Positions 26,548 to 36,772 are shown, numbered from the stretch's first letter. The stretch is 64,000 nt of DNA from an uncultured bacterium (GCA_963736115.1 CAVTNR010000017.1:53110-117109); one strand, 5' to 3'. Numbers and translations are program-made. Notes: generated by a model from the sequence alone, not told the origin.

Positions 26548-27720
26548 CTATCGTTTGCTGTGCCGGGACCCGGAGTTTCGGCTTTCGCGGCTGTCCGTTT
26601 TTACCCCGCGATCCGCCTGTTCCCCGGAATTCCGTGACCGGATTTCCGTCTTGATCCGCGGCGATTCCACGTTTCCGGACGACCCGGTTTTCAGGCGGGG
26701 CTTTGACGGTTCGGCAGGCGCGGCCGGGCGCTCGGCCTGTCTCTCGACCCGGCCGGTCCGGTTCCGGGTATCCGGGAACGCGGGCATCTGGAAAGAGGGT
26801 TTCTTGTCATTCCAGGTCATGGGTGTTCTGGAATCGCTCCGGTTCGCGGCGGGTTCCCTGTTTTCCGCGGAACGGATTACCCGTCTTGCCTTCGATCCGG
26901 AATCGGTGTTTCCGGTTTCGGTTTTACGGCCGTTTGTGTCCCTATTCGTCCTGTTCCGATCCGTCTCAGCCGGGCTGACCACAATCCGGCGCACTGTTTC
27001 ATGCAGGGTACCGGCGCTCGCAGGCGGCGGTGTTCTGCGGACTGTTGCAGGCGTTTCCCTGTCACGGGCCGGATCCTGCCTGTCGAAGGAACGATTCCGG
27101 TCTTTCGGAGGCTGTTCCTTCTGCCGGTTATGATCCTGACCGGGGCCCTGATCCGAAGGACGGTTGCCGTCACGGCCGGAGAATCCGCTGTCTCCGCCCC
27201 AGCGGTCATCAGACCGGTCATTCCAGCGGCCATGGTCGTCCTGCCGCCTGGGAGGTGTATAACGGGAGCCGGCCGGACCGCGGTTCCAGTCAGGACCGTT
27301 TTCCCAATGCGCATAGTGTCGGAGTCCCCGGTAATGGGGATGATCCATGACCCATCTCGAAACGGGAAACCAGTGCTGGGTCCGTATTCCGAAGCGCCAG
27401 TCCATTCCCCATTGGAAAGCGATGCTTACGTCCGGGCCCTGGAGCCAGAGACCGAATTCCGATTCCGGGATCCAGCACCGGTGATACCAGTCGTAGACCG
27501 GGTAAATCACCGGGGGCGCGCATGGCGTGAACATGAACGGATTGAGGAATACAGCGACCGGAGGAACTTCCACCACGTTCCCGTTGGTGTCGTCCGCCCA
27601 GGCGTTTCCTGCCGGCCAATCCTGCGCATGCAGGCTCGTGTAATACGAGTAGCATCCGGTGAACACAAAGACAACCGGGAGCAGGGGCAGAAACCGGAAC
27701 CACGATTTGAAAGTTTTCAT
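26548..27720 (-). CDS. Putative lipoprotein with aromatic-rich core and long disordered Arg/Ser-rich tail
   Basis: AAGGAGG RBS, VFVFTGC lipobox, W/Y/P-rich middle, low-complexity C-terminus. Confidence 0.65.
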   Translation of the reverse strand: MKTFKSWFRFLPLLPVVFVFTGCYSYYTSLHAQDWPAGNAWADDTNGNVVEVPPVAVFLNPFMFTPCAPPVIYPVYDWYHRCWIPESEFGLWLQGPDVSIAFQWGMDWRFGIRTQHWFPVSRWVMDHPHYRGLRHYAHWENGPDWNRGPAGSRYTPPRRQDDHGRWNDRSDDRWGGDSGFSGRDGNRPSDQGPGQDHNRQKEQPPKDRNRSFDRQDPARDRETPATVRRTPPPASAGTLHETVRRIVVSPAETDRNRTNRDTNGRKTETGNTDSGSKARRVIRSAENREPAANRSDSRTPMTWNDKKPSFQMPAFPDTRNRTGRVERQAERPAAPAEPSKPRLKTGSSGNVESPRIKTEIRSRNSGEQADRGVKTDSRESRNSGSRHSKR

Positions 27721-27755
27721 GACACGCCTCCTTTCGGGATGACAGAAAGTAACTG

Positions 27756-27771
27756 TTCAAAGGACGTGCCA
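27756..27771 (-). promoter_or_regulatory. sigma54-type -24/-12 promoter for the lipoprotein genes
   Basis: Minus strand TGGCACG-TCCT-TTGAA, 36-51 nt upstream of ATG 27720. Confidence 0.6.
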
Positions 27772-27848
27772 TATGTAAAATAGCGACCCAAGCTTATGTA
27801 ATTAAATAATTTAATCAGACAACAGGGTACGTGCCGGCAAGAAAAAAT

Positions 27849-27886
27849 TGTAAATCTTGTTATCGGTCATGTAAACCAGATTAACA
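27849..27886. promoter_or_regulatory. Tandem enhancer (UAS)-like sites
   Basis: TGTAAATCTTGTTATCG and TGTAAACCAGATTAACA (TGT-N11-ACA), 21 bp apart, about 80-115 bp upstream of the sigma54 box. Confidence 0.4.
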
Positions 27887-28121
27887 AAAACCGCCCTGGT
27901 GCAAAAACCAGCATCGGGATTTTTTGCTTGATTTCCATTTCGCATCTAAATACCTTTCCACCAGGCTGATGACGCCTCTGTTATCCGTGCCTGCCCGTGA
28001 TAAACGGCCGGCTGTTTCGTTCCGCGAGTCCCGTTACCGGAGAGCATCCCGGAGGACTCCCATGCGCCGGCTGCTCGAACAACGGCGCGAAACCCTGCTT
28101 CACTCGATTCGGAGTGATCCA

Positions 28122-29369
28122 ATGGCAAAAGACATCAACCGGGTGGTCGTGACCGGAATGGGATCCGTCACACCCATCGGTATCGGCGTCGAATCATTCT
28201 GGAACGGACTCATCGCCGGGAAAAACGGCGTATCCCGAGTCACCCGTTTTGACCCCACCGGATTCCGTTCGCAGATGGCCGCGGAAGTGAAGGATTTCGT
28301 CCCTGAAGACTGGATCGAAAAGAAATCGGTTGATCGGATGGACCGGTTCACCCAATTCGCCATTGCGGCATCGTCACAGGCGATGAAAGATGCGGGCCTG
28401 GATGTCTCTCCTTTTGATCCGGCGCGGGCCGGAATCATCGTCGGTTCCGGAATAGGAGGCATCGCCACAATGGAGGAAAGCCACAGGAAACTTCTTGAGA
28501 AGGGACCCAGAAGCGTCAATCCTTTTCTGGTATCGAAGTTTCTGATCAATATGGCCGCCTGCAATGTATCCATCCAGTACGGCCTGAAAGGCCCCATCTC
28601 GGCTCCGTCGATGGCGTGTTCCACCGGGGCGAATGCGATCGGGGACGCGTTCCGGATCATTCAGAGAGGGGACGCGGACATCATGCTTGCGGGGAGTTCC
28701 GAGGCCGCGGTGAGTCCCCTGGCCTATGGCGGTTTCTGCGCGACACGGTCCATGTCCGTGAATCCCGAACCGGAGAAGGCGAGCCGGCCTTTTGACCTGA
28801 ACCGGGACGGTTTTGTGATGGGCGAGGGCGCGGGGATCGTGGTTCTCGAAAGCCTGGCGCATGCCGTCCGGCGCGGCGCGAAGATTTACGCGGAACTGGC
28901 CGGTTACGGCAACACAGCGGACGCATTTCACGTCACCGCGCCAGAGCCCAGCGGAGATGGGATGACGAGAGTCATGTGCGCGGCGCTCCGGGACGCATCG
29001 ATGGATCCCGGAGAAGTGCAATACATCAACGCGCACGGCACATCGACGGACATGAATGATAAAATTGAAAGTGCCGCCATCCTGAAGGTTTTCGGCGGCC
29101 ATTCAGAAGCGCTGAAAGTCAGCTCCAACAAATCCATGATCGGTCATCTGTTGTCCGCGGCCGGGGCCGTGGAATGCATCGCCACGGTGATGAGCGTCCG
29201 CTCGGGGGTTGTGCCTCCGACCATCAATTACGAGACCCCCGACCCGGATTGCCCGCTGGATTACGTCACCCGGGGCGCCGAATCGATGGACCTTCGGGTT
29301 GCGATCAGCAATTCCTTCGGTTTCGGAGGGGGGAACGCCTGTCTGGTGGTGAAGAAATACGAGGGGTGA
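28122..29369 (+). CDS. fabF: Beta-ketoacyl-ACP synthase II
   Basis: RVVVTGMG, ACSTG (Cys), INAHGTST and KSMIGH (His), SNSFGFGG. GGAG RBS before ATG 28122. Confidence 0.93.
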   Translation: MAKDINRVVVTGMGSVTPIGIGVESFWNGLIAGKNGVSRVTRFDPTGFRSQMAAEVKDFVPEDWIEKKSVDRMDRFTQFAIAASSQAMKDAGLDVSPFDPARAGIIVGSGIGGIATMEESHRKLLEKGPRSVNPFLVSKFLINMAACNVSIQYGLKGPISAPSMACSTGANAIGDAFRIIQRGDADIMLAGSSEAAVSPLAYGGFCATRSMSVNPEPEKASRPFDLNRDGFVMGEGAGIVVLESLAHAVRRGAKIYAELAGYGNTADAFHVTAPEPSGDGMTRVMCAALRDASMDPGEVQYINAHGTSTDMNDKIESAAILKVFGGHSEALKVSSNKSMIGHLLSAAGAVECIATVMSVRSGVVPPTINYETPDPDCPLDYVTRGAESMDLRVAISNSFGFGGGNACLVVKKYEG

Positions 29370-29377
29370 GGAAAAAA

Positions 29378-29550
29378 AGTTCATAGTTCATAGTAGGTCC
29401 GAAATGGCCCGCTTCTTCTCGCGGGCCTTTCGGACAGTTGCACAAAAAAAAGACGGTAACCTTTCAGAAGAAGGTTCCCGCCTTTTATTTTATGTAATAG
29501 CAAATCAATGATTTCTTTAACTATGAACCATGAATTATGAACTATGAACT
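29378..29550. repeat. GTAG-type REP hairpin flanked by inverted heptamer tandem repeats
   Basis: GTAGGTCCGAAATGGCCCGC...GCGGGCCTTTCGGAC (29393-29435). AGTTCAT repeats on the left, ATGAACT repeats on the right. Confidence 0.65.
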
Positions 29551-30951
29551 TATTTTATATCTCTCGATCTTCTTGTAAAGCCCCAGCCTACTGAGACCGA
29601 GCTCGGCCGCGGCCCTGGAGACATTGTTCCCGCACCGGGTGAGGCTGGCGATGATCATTTTTTTCTCCAGAGCCTCCACGGATTCCTTCAGCGATCCCGG
29701 GTCGGCGGATTCCGCCGCGGATTGAAGGAATCGGGGCGAAAGATGCCGGGGTTCAATGACTTTTTCATCCCCGGCCATCGTGACTGCGCGTTCGATCTCG
29801 TTCTCGAGTTCGCGCACATTTCCCGGCCAGTCCGCCGCGCGGAGCAGGCGTTCCGCCTGAGCCGACACGGGTTTCAACGGCCGGCCGAGTTTTTCGGAGC
29901 ATTTGCGCGCGAAATGGCCGATCAGATCGGGCATGTCCTCGCGCCGCTCGCGGAGCGGGGGCATGCGCACGGGGAAAACGTTGAGGCGGTAGAAGAGGTC
30001 CTCGCGGAAGCGGCCGGCCTTCCGTTCGGCGTCCAAATCCTTGTTCGTCGCGGCGATGACCCGCGTGTCCGTGCGAACCGTCTTCGTTCCGCCAACGGGC
30101 CGGACCTCGCCGTCCTGGAGCACGCGCAGAAGGCGCGTCTGGAGCGCGGGCGACGTCTCCGCGATTTCGTCGAGAAAGACGGTTCCCCCGTCCGCCATTT
30201 CAAAAAGACCTTTCTTGTCCCGTATCGCGCCCGTGAACGCGCCCCGCACGTGGCCGAACAGCTCGCTCTCCAGGAGGGTGTCGGGCAGAGCGCCGCAGTT
30301 CTGGGCGACGAACGGTTTGTCCTTCCTCGGGCCGTTGAAGTGAATGGCCCGGGCGAGCAGCTCTTTGCCCGTACCCGTTTCGCCGAGCAGGAGCACGGTG
30401 GTCGGGCCGTCAAGCACCTTGGACACGAGTTTGAAGACTTCGAGCATGCGCGGGCCGCGGCCGACCAGGTTCTCGAAACGGGCGGATTCCACGGCGGTCC
30501 GGCGGAGATGCAGGTTCTCCTCCCGGAGGCGCTCGTTCGCCTCGGCCAGTTCCGCGGCCAGCCTGCGGTTCTCTCCCGCGAGACGGTAATGGTCAGCAGC
30601 GCGCCGCACCAGTAGGGCCAGATCGTCCGGCTCCCAGGGCTTGGCGACATAGGCGTAGATCTTTCCCCGGTTCACGGCGTCGACCGTGGCCTCGAGGTCC
30701 GCATAGGCGGTGATCAGGATACGGACCGCATCCGGCCTCGCTTCCAAGGATCTTTCCAGAAATTCAACTCCGGTCATGGCCGGCATCCGCTGGTCGCACA
30801 GAATCACGGCCGGGTCGCCGGTTTTCAGCCATTCCAGAGCCTCGGCGCCGCCGGCCGCGGACCGCACGTTCCATTCGGGTTTCAGCAGGCGCTCGATGGA
30901 ACGGAGCACCTCGGGCTGATCGTCGACCACAAGAATCGTTTCCTTCCGCAT
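29542..30951 (-). CDS. sigma54-dependent NtrC-family response regulator (REC-AAA+-Fis HTH)
   Basis: ILVVDD, DQRMP, GETGTGKE, ESELFGH..GAFTGA, FLDEI, FREDLFYRLNV, WPGNVREL, NVSRAA.ELGLSR. Confidence 0.95.
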   Translation of the reverse strand: MRKETILVVDDQPEVLRSIERLLKPEWNVRSAAGGAEALEWLKTGDPAVILCDQRMPAMTGVEFLERSLEARPDAVRILITAYADLEATVDAVNRGKIYAYVAKPWEPDDLALLVRRAADHYRLAGENRRLAAELAEANERLREENLHLRRTAVESARFENLVGRGPRMLEVFKLVSKVLDGPTTVLLLGETGTGKELLARAIHFNGPRKDKPFVAQNCGALPDTLLESELFGHVRGAFTGAIRDKKGLFEMADGGTVFLDEIAETSPALQTRLLRVLQDGEVRPVGGTKTVRTDTRVIAATNKDLDAERKAGRFREDLFYRLNVFPVRMPPLRERREDMPDLIGHFARKCSEKLGRPLKPVSAQAERLLRAADWPGNVRELENEIERAVTMAGDEKVIEPRHLSPRFLQSAAESADPGSLKESVEALEKKMIIASLTRCGNNVSRAAAELGLSRLGLYKKIERYKISS

Positions 30952-31002
30952 TCCAATCCCTTCGAATCTGATCGCTCGCGCATTCCCCGGTCCCGCGATG
31001 CG

Positions 31003-31257
31003 GGATCAAGCTGCAGATGCTGGCTATTGAAGACTTCGCGGGACCAAGCAACACGATTTTTTCTGATTGAAGGCCCGCCGCTTGCCTTCACTGCTCTAAA
31101 AATATAATTAATTGGTCCCGCGCAGCGGGCGGCGGGGTAAGCGAGCGAATATAACATATTTTCTTCACTACAGATAGAAGATTCCCCGGCTTCGCCGGAC
31201 CAAGCTATCTGATTTTTTCATTATTGAAGGCCCGCGGCTTGCCGCGGGGAGCTTCAA
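31003..31257. repeat. Cluster of bipartite repeats CTTCA(A/C)-N17-20-TTG(G/A)TCC plus a GC-rich palindrome
   Basis: Four copies: 31003(-), 31041(-), 31086(+), 31197(-). Palindrome CCCGCGGCTTGCCGCGGG at 31231. Confidence 0.7.
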
Positions 31258-31267
31258 AAGATGCCGT

Positions 31268-34200
31268 TTATCGGCCGCTGCGGCCGTTTCGGCCGGCGCG
31301 GCGCACGGGCAAAGTCACGATGAACCGGCTGCCTTTTCCAGGGCCATCGCTTTCCGCCCGGATGCTTCCCCCGTGTGAACGCACGATGGCATAGGAAATG
31401 CTGAGACCCAAGCCCGTCCCTTTTCCGATTTCACGGGTGGTGAAAAATGGATCAAAGACACGGCTCATGACATCCGCGGAGATGCCCCTGCCGTCGTCCC
31501 GGACCTCGATTTCCAGCCGGTTTTTCAAACGCCGCGTGGCGATCCAGATATTGCCGCCCGGGGAGACGGCCTGCACGGCATTGGCGATCAGATTCAGAAA
31601 CACCTGGTTCAGACTGCCGGGCTGGCATTCGATGCGGCCGTCCGGTCCGTACACACGATGCACGGCCACGCGGTCCGCGATCTCATGCCTGAGGATGAGC
31701 AGGGCGCCGTCGAGTCCCTCGTGCGCGTTCGCGACCGACCAGACCGCCCGGTCCACGTGCGAAAATCGCCTGAGCTGGTCCACGAGGTCCCGGACCATGC
31801 GACTGCCGGACTCGGTGTCCGCGATCAGGCTTTCGATTTCCGGCAGCAGGCCGCGGATCCGCTCCGCGTTCCGGCGCGGATCCGCGAGCAGGCGGCCGAG
31901 CCCATCGGACATGGATCTGAGCTGTCGCACGTTCGCGTATATGAAACCCACGGGATTGTTCAGTTCATGCGAGATTCCGGCCACCAGCTTTCCGAGAGAT
32001 GCCATTTTTTCGGATTGAATGAGCCGGTCCTGCGCGTTCCGGACCTCCGCGACCAGTCGGCGCAGGCGGCCGTTTTTGTCCGCGAGCGACCGGTTGGTCC
32101 GCTCCAGGTCCGACATGATCTTTTCGCGGACCTTGGCCTCGGTCAGCCTGCGGACCATGGCGTTCGAGCGGCGTATCGCGGCGTTGTTTTCGAGCGCCGC
32201 GGCCATCTGATTCGCCACGGTCACGATCAGCGGCATGTCGTCGGCTGAAATCCCGGATCCCAGGGCCAGGCCTCCGAACAGCCGGCTTTCACCGGCGACG
32301 GGCACCAGCCAGTCCGCGGACGCCGCTTCAAAGAGCGCAGCCAGGTCAGGCCGTCCGCGCCGCCGGAGAAACGCCTCCCTGCCGAGAGCCGCGATCCAGG
32401 CGGTACGGTTCCGGATCCGGTTCAGCGCCGCAGGGGAGACAGCTGTTCCGCGGCTGACGGTTTTTTGAATTGCGGCGCCGCGGCCGTCCAGCAGAAAGAA
32501 GGAGCAGGCTCCGGAACCGGAATGAGCCGCGAGTGTGTCGACCACGGTTTCATACAGCTTCGCGTCGTCGTGGATCCGGAACAGACTCCGGCTCAGCCGG
32601 ACCAGGACGGAGCGGACCGTCCGCCGCATGCGGCGGAGTTTAGCCATGCGCTCCGAATGCAGGGCGGCCGCGCCCGAGAATGCCAGGGCCGCGCAGTCGG
32701 CCGCGAGCAGGGTCGATGTCGGGCCGATCCGGTTCCGGATCAGCGCGCCGGCCAGGGCGATCAGCGAGAATGCGGCGATGACGCCGTACGTCTCGGCCGC
32801 GGCCCATTCCCATCGGCGCTTCCCCGCGGCCAGGATCGCGGCCGCGCAAACGAGAAACCCGAGCAGAAGGCCGGCCCGGATCCGGGATTCCGGGTGTCCC
32901 GCGGTCCGGGACAGCCAGCGGCCGGCGCGGATGAGGGAGCGTTCCGTTTTTGGAAATTCGTTCACCCCATAGGCGCGGCCGGGCCTGAGTCCGGCCCGAC
33001 TCACGATCCGTCCGGTGGGGAATGTCACGCGTATGTCCACCGGACCGTCCGACGGGAGGCCGAAATGCACGGCCGGATCGGAACCGGACAGGTACCCGCC
33101 CCCGACCGACACCTCCCGGACCGCCAGGAACAGGGAGTCTGAAAATGCCGGTATTTTGCCGGTGGAAGGATGACGGAACAGTTCGATGCGGGTACCGACC
33201 GCGTCGCGGTTTGAGCGAACGCCGTGGACCCGCACCGTCAGCCACCGGCCGTTGCTCACCGGATTGGTGAACAGCCAGGCGAAAGTGTCCTTGTTCGCGA
33301 CGCAGAGATCCAGATCGCCGTCCCCGTCCCAGTCCGCGGTAGCCGCGCCCGTGCTGTATCCCCGTGATCCGCCGGACGGCAGGCTCTCCTCGGCCGCGGG
33401 ACGGAAGGTGCCGTCCCCGTTGTTGAGATAACAGACATCCGGTCCGATGCATGTCACCAGCAGATCGATATGGCCGTCCTGGTCGAGGTCGGCGGCCGCG
33501 AGCCCGTAGGCGGGCCGTACGAGAGTCAGGCCGGAACGGGCTGTGACGTCCTCGAAGGTCCAGGCCGGATCTCCGGGACGGATGCGGTTTTTCAGCAGGC
33601 GGACGCCGCCGTCCCGATCCGAAAACAGCAGGTCCGGCTTTCCGTCATTGTCCATGTCCGTGAACAGGACGCCGTTTGTCCTCGAGGGCTTCCGGAACAC
33701 GTCCGGGCCCGGATCCACGCGGCTGAAGCGGCCCCTGCCTTCGTTCCGGTAGAGGTCCGCGGGCCTGAACCAGTTCGCCACCGCGAGATCCATGTCACCG
33801 TCGCGGTCCGCATCGCAGAAAGCCGCGCCCTGGCTTCCGCCGCCGGACGCCAGGCCGCATTCCGGCCCGGCTTCAGCGAAAGAACCGTTCCCCCGGTTCA
33901 GCATCAGCCGGTTCGACTGGTGCTCATCCGTGAAGAACAGATCGAGCCGGCCGTCTTTGTCCACGTCCGCGGCCGCGCATGCATTGGCGTCCATGTCCGG
34001 AGGGAGATGGAGGTCGGCGGTCCTGTCGCGGAAAACGCCGCGGCCGTCGTTCCGGTACAGGCGCGTCGTGCCGGTCCATCCCGTGACCACGAGGTCCGGC
34101 CGGCCCGTGTTGTCCAGATCCGCGGCCAGCACGCCGAGTTCCAGGTTGCGTATGCCGCGCGGCGACAGGTTTCCGCCGAGCCTGGACTGGATGGTCGCGT

Positions 34201-34534
34201 CCGTGAAACCGGAATCCGGCCCCTGGTTCACGAGCAGGCGGTTCAAGGACCTGAAGCAGACGATGAAAAGATCGGGCCTCCGGTCACCCGTGAGGTCGCG
34301 GAACGTCACGCCGTAACCGTCCGTCACATCCGGAATGAGGGCATGCGGCCGGTCCGGCCGGAACAGGCCGGACACGCAGGAATCGGTTGAAGTCGCGGAA
34401 AAGCCGGAAGAAGACAGAAACAGAAGGGCGGCCAGGCATGCGGTTAAGCGCATGCCGGCGCGGGTTTGGATGGATGCGCCGCGGCCGTTCCGTCCGGGAG
34501 CGCCGGACCGGGTCGGGGGGAGGAACCTTTTCAA
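31268..34534 (-). CDS. Sensor histidine kinase with extracellular FG-GAP/CRTAC1 + ASPIC-UnbV domain, TM helices, GAF, HisKA, HATPase
   Basis: Seven D.D.DG..DL-type repeats, SNRDAVG...GGGYLS..DP.VHFGL, QSEKMASLG.LVAGISHELNNP, NLIANA, DDGRG, FDPFFTT..GKGTGLGL. Start may be ATG 34453. Confidence 0.88.
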   Translation of the reverse strand: MKRFLPPTRSGAPGRNGRGASIQTRAGMRLTACLAALLFLSSSGFSATSTDSCVSGLFRPDRPHALIPDVTDGYGVTFRDLTGDRRPDLFIVCFRSLNRLLVNQGPDSGFTDATIQSRLGGNLSPRGIRNLELGVLAADLDNTGRPDLVVTGWTGTTRLYRNDGRGVFRDRTADLHLPPDMDANACAAADVDKDGRLDLFFTDEHQSNRLMLNRGNGSFAEAGPECGLASGGGSQGAAFCDADRDGDMDLAVANWFRPADLYRNEGRGRFSRVDPGPDVFRKPSRTNGVLFTDMDNDGKPDLLFSDRDGGVRLLKNRIRPGDPAWTFEDVTARSGLTLVRPAYGLAAADLDQDGHIDLLVTCIGPDVCYLNNGDGTFRPAAEESLPSGGSRGYSTGAATADWDGDGDLDLCVANKDTFAWLFTNPVSNGRWLTVRVHGVRSNRDAVGTRIELFRHPSTGKIPAFSDSLFLAVREVSVGGGYLSGSDPAVHFGLPSDGPVDIRVTFPTGRIVSRAGLRPGRAYGVNEFPKTERSLIRAGRWLSRTAGHPESRIRAGLLLGFLVCAAAILAAGKRRWEWAAAETYGVIAAFSLIALAGALIRNRIGPTSTLLAADCAALAFSGAAALHSERMAKLRRMRRTVRSVLVRLSRSLFRIHDDAKLYETVVDTLAAHSGSGACSFFLLDGRGAAIQKTVSRGTAVSPAALNRIRNRTAWIAALGREAFLRRRGRPDLAALFEAASADWLVPVAGESRLFGGLALGSGISADDMPLIVTVANQMAAALENNAAIRRSNAMVRRLTEAKVREKIMSDLERTNRSLADKNGRLRRLVAEVRNAQDRLIQSEKMASLGKLVAGISHELNNPVGFIYANVRQLRSMSDGLGRLLADPRRNAERIRGLLPEIESLIADTESGSRMVRDLVDQLRRFSHVDRAVWSVANAHEGLDGALLILRHEIADRVAVHRVYGPDGRIECQPGSLNQVFLNLIANAVQAVSPGGNIWIATRRLKNRLEIEVRDDGRGISADVMSRVFDPFFTTREIGKGTGLGLSISYAIVRSHGGSIRAESDGPGKGSRFIVTLPVRRAGRNGRSGR

Positions 34535-34577
34535 GTCGCCGCTCTTTCGTGCGGAAAGACCGGGCAGGCCAGCCGGA

Positions 34578-34790
34578 TTATTTCTTTTTCCCGGAGGGGC
34601 AGGTGGAGATGCCGAAAGGCACGTACAGCGGGCAGAATCCGATTGCGGAGGTGACCGCGAACATCACCGCGATGACCATAAACACCCATGCCAGCCCGCC
34701 GGTCGCGACCTTGGCCGCAATCAGGATCACGAGCAGTGCGGCGCCGAACAGTCGCAGAATTTTGTCCGTGGGGCCCATGTTCTTTTTCAT
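34578..34790 (-). CDS. DUF2892 (YgaP-like) small membrane protein
   Basis: MKKNMG..DK.LR...GFCPLY.PFGIST. AGGAG RBS. Confidence 0.85.
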   Translation of the reverse strand: MKKNMGPTDKILRLFGAALLVILIAAKVATGGLAWVFMVIAVMFAVTSAIGFCPLYVPFGISTCPSGKKK

Positions 34791-34954
34791 GACGCGTCTC
34801 CTTTTCAACAGGGGATGGGTCGAAGGGGTCCAGTCGAAGCGGGATCCGTCACTCTCAATATCCGGATGGATTTCCGTAAAATCAAGGGGATTTTGCCGCT
34901 TGACCCGGTCCGCGGCCTTTCGTACCTTGTGACTGAACCTATTGAGGAGACCGT

Positions 34955-35845
34955 ATGAAACTGCTTCTGATTGTCAATCCGCATGCCGGTCACGGCAGGG
35001 CGGGAAAGTGGATCGAGCCGGTGCGGAAGCGTTTCGCTGACCGAGGGATCGAAACCGATCTGAGGGTCACCGGGCATCCGGGTCACGCAGTGGAAATCGT
35101 CCGCGAAGCTGATTTCACCCGGTTTGACGGACTGGCCGCGGCGGGCGGGGACGGAACCCTGTTCGAGACCGTGAACGGCTTCTTCCGGAACGGCTCGGGC
35201 CGGCGCATTCCGCTGGGCGTCATTCCCGTGGGCACGGGAAATGCTTTCGCCAGGGACCTGGAGTTGAAGACCATGGGCTGGGAAAAAGCCGTGGACGTGA
35301 TCGCGGCCGGAAAGACAAAGCCCCTTGACGCCGGCCTGTACCGGTGCGGTGAGAGCGAGACCCGGTGGCTCAACATCATCGGGCTGGGATTCGTCGCGGA
35401 TGTGGTGCAGACGGCTTCCCGCCTGAAATGGCTCGGCAACCTGTCGTATACGCTGGGCGTGTTCCACCGCATGGCGGCGCTGAAGACGTTCCGGATGACG
35501 CTGACCGCGGACGGCAGGACGCTGGAGCGGGAGAGCCTGTTCGTGGAAGTGTCGAACACCCGGTACACTTCGAATTTCTTCATGGCGCCGGCCGCGCGGC
35601 TCGATGACGGGCTTCTCGACGTCACGGTACTCGGCCCGATGACCCGCAGGCGGCTGATTTCGGTTTTTCCAAAAATCTTCACGGGCGAGCACGTCCGCCT
35701 GCCCGAAGTGGAATCCTTCACGGCGACGCGGATCCGGATCGAGACGGACACGCCCAAGATCCTTACACCGGACGGGGAATTGACGGGATCCACTCCGGTC
35801 ACGATCGAATGCCTCCCCGGAGCCGTCGAGGTGTTCGTCCCGTGA
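34955..35845 (+). CDS. Diacylglycerol kinase family lipid kinase (YegS/DagK-like)
   Basis: IVNPHAG, GGDGT..E.VNG, IPVGTGNAFAR, DDGLLDV, DGE. Confidence 0.9.
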   Translation: MKLLLIVNPHAGHGRAGKWIEPVRKRFADRGIETDLRVTGHPGHAVEIVREADFTRFDGLAAAGGDGTLFETVNGFFRNGSGRRIPLGVIPVGTGNAFARDLELKTMGWEKAVDVIAAGKTKPLDAGLYRCGESETRWLNIIGLGFVADVVQTASRLKWLGNLSYTLGVFHRMAALKTFRMTLTADGRTLERESLFVEVSNTRYTSNFFMAPAARLDDGLLDVTVLGPMTRRRLISVFPKIFTGEHVRLPEVESFTATRIRIETDTPKILTPDGELTGSTPVTIECLPGAVEVFVP

Positions 35846-36570
35846 AAACGTTTTCGTCTATCGCGGCATTCCTGGTCTCGGTCTATGTCTGGATCGCGGG
35901 CCTCATCCTGGTCGGGATCATTCTGTCCATCGCCCTGATGATCAGCCTGGTCGCTCCGCCCGAGGCGACGGACCGTTTTCTGAAAAAGGCCTGCCGGTTT
36001 CTCCTGGCCGCGTTGTTCATACGGGTCGACGCGGAGGGACTGGAACATGTCGTTCCGGGCCGGACCACTGTTTTCATGGCGAACCATGTCAGCGCTTTCG
36101 ACGTGCCCCTGTTCGAGGGATACATCCCCGTTTCCTTCCGCAGCGTGGAGGCGGCGGAGCATTTCTCCTGGCCGTTGTACGGATGGGTGATACGCCGGTT
36201 GGGCAACATTCCCATCCGCAGGGGGAATTTAAGGGCTTCGGCGCGGAGCATGGACGAAGCCGGAAGCCTGCTGGCGGGCGGCCGGTCGCTGGTCATCCTC
36301 CCGGAGGGAGGCCGCACGAAGGACGGCCGCATGCTTCCTTTCAAGCGCATGCCGTTCGTGATGGCCAAACAGACGGGCGCGGACATCGTGCCCATCGGAT
36401 TGTCCGGCCTGTACAGCCTGAAGCCGAAGCATTCCCGGATCATCCGCCCGACGCGGGTCAAGATACGGTTCGGACCTCCTTTGAAGGCGGAAAAGATACG
36501 AAACCTGTCCGCTGAGGAATTGAGGGACGCGGTGCGGGTGGAGATCGAAAAGCTGGTGGAGCGGCCGTGA
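35842..36570 (+). CDS. plsC: 1-acyl-sn-glycerol-3-phosphate acyltransferase
   Basis: NHVSAFD, LPEGGRT, IVPI. GTG start overlapping the upstream stop. Confidence 0.85.
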   Translation: MKTFSSIAAFLVSVYVWIAGLILVGIILSIALMISLVAPPEATDRFLKKACRFLLAALFIRVDAEGLEHVVPGRTTVFMANHVSAFDVPLFEGYIPVSFRSVEAAEHFSWPLYGWVIRRLGNIPIRRGNLRASARSMDEAGSLLAGGRSLVILPEGGRTKDGRMLPFKRMPFVMAKQTGADIVPIGLSGLYSLKPKHSRIIRPTRVKIRFGPPLKAEKIRNLSAEELRDAVRVEIEKLVERP

Positions 36571-36684
36571 TAGGAGAAAGAACGGGTTGGGTAGCCGCGG
36601 CCTTTCCCGCTGCGCGGGACCAATCTATTACATCTCTGGCAATTGAAGGAAGGCTGCGTTATTTTTTAGAGAACGCGGGCTAAA

Positions 36685-36772
36685 GAGACTGTGTGAAAAT
36701 GCCAATATGGCAGCGGATTCCCCAGCTAAGTTGAGAATTTAACCGGCATATTTCCTATTATCACACAGTCTC
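36685..36772. mobile_element. 88-bp MITE-like element with 16-bp TIRs and TAAA direct flanks
   Basis: GAGACTGTGTGAAAAT ... ATTATCACACAGTCTC (1 mismatch). TAAA at 36681-36684 and 36773-36776. Confidence 0.6.

Noticed and set aside
31003-31260. CRISPR array interpretation of the box-spacer-box repeats
   Set aside because: Mixed orientations, short conserved boxes, irregular period, and no cas genes in the window.
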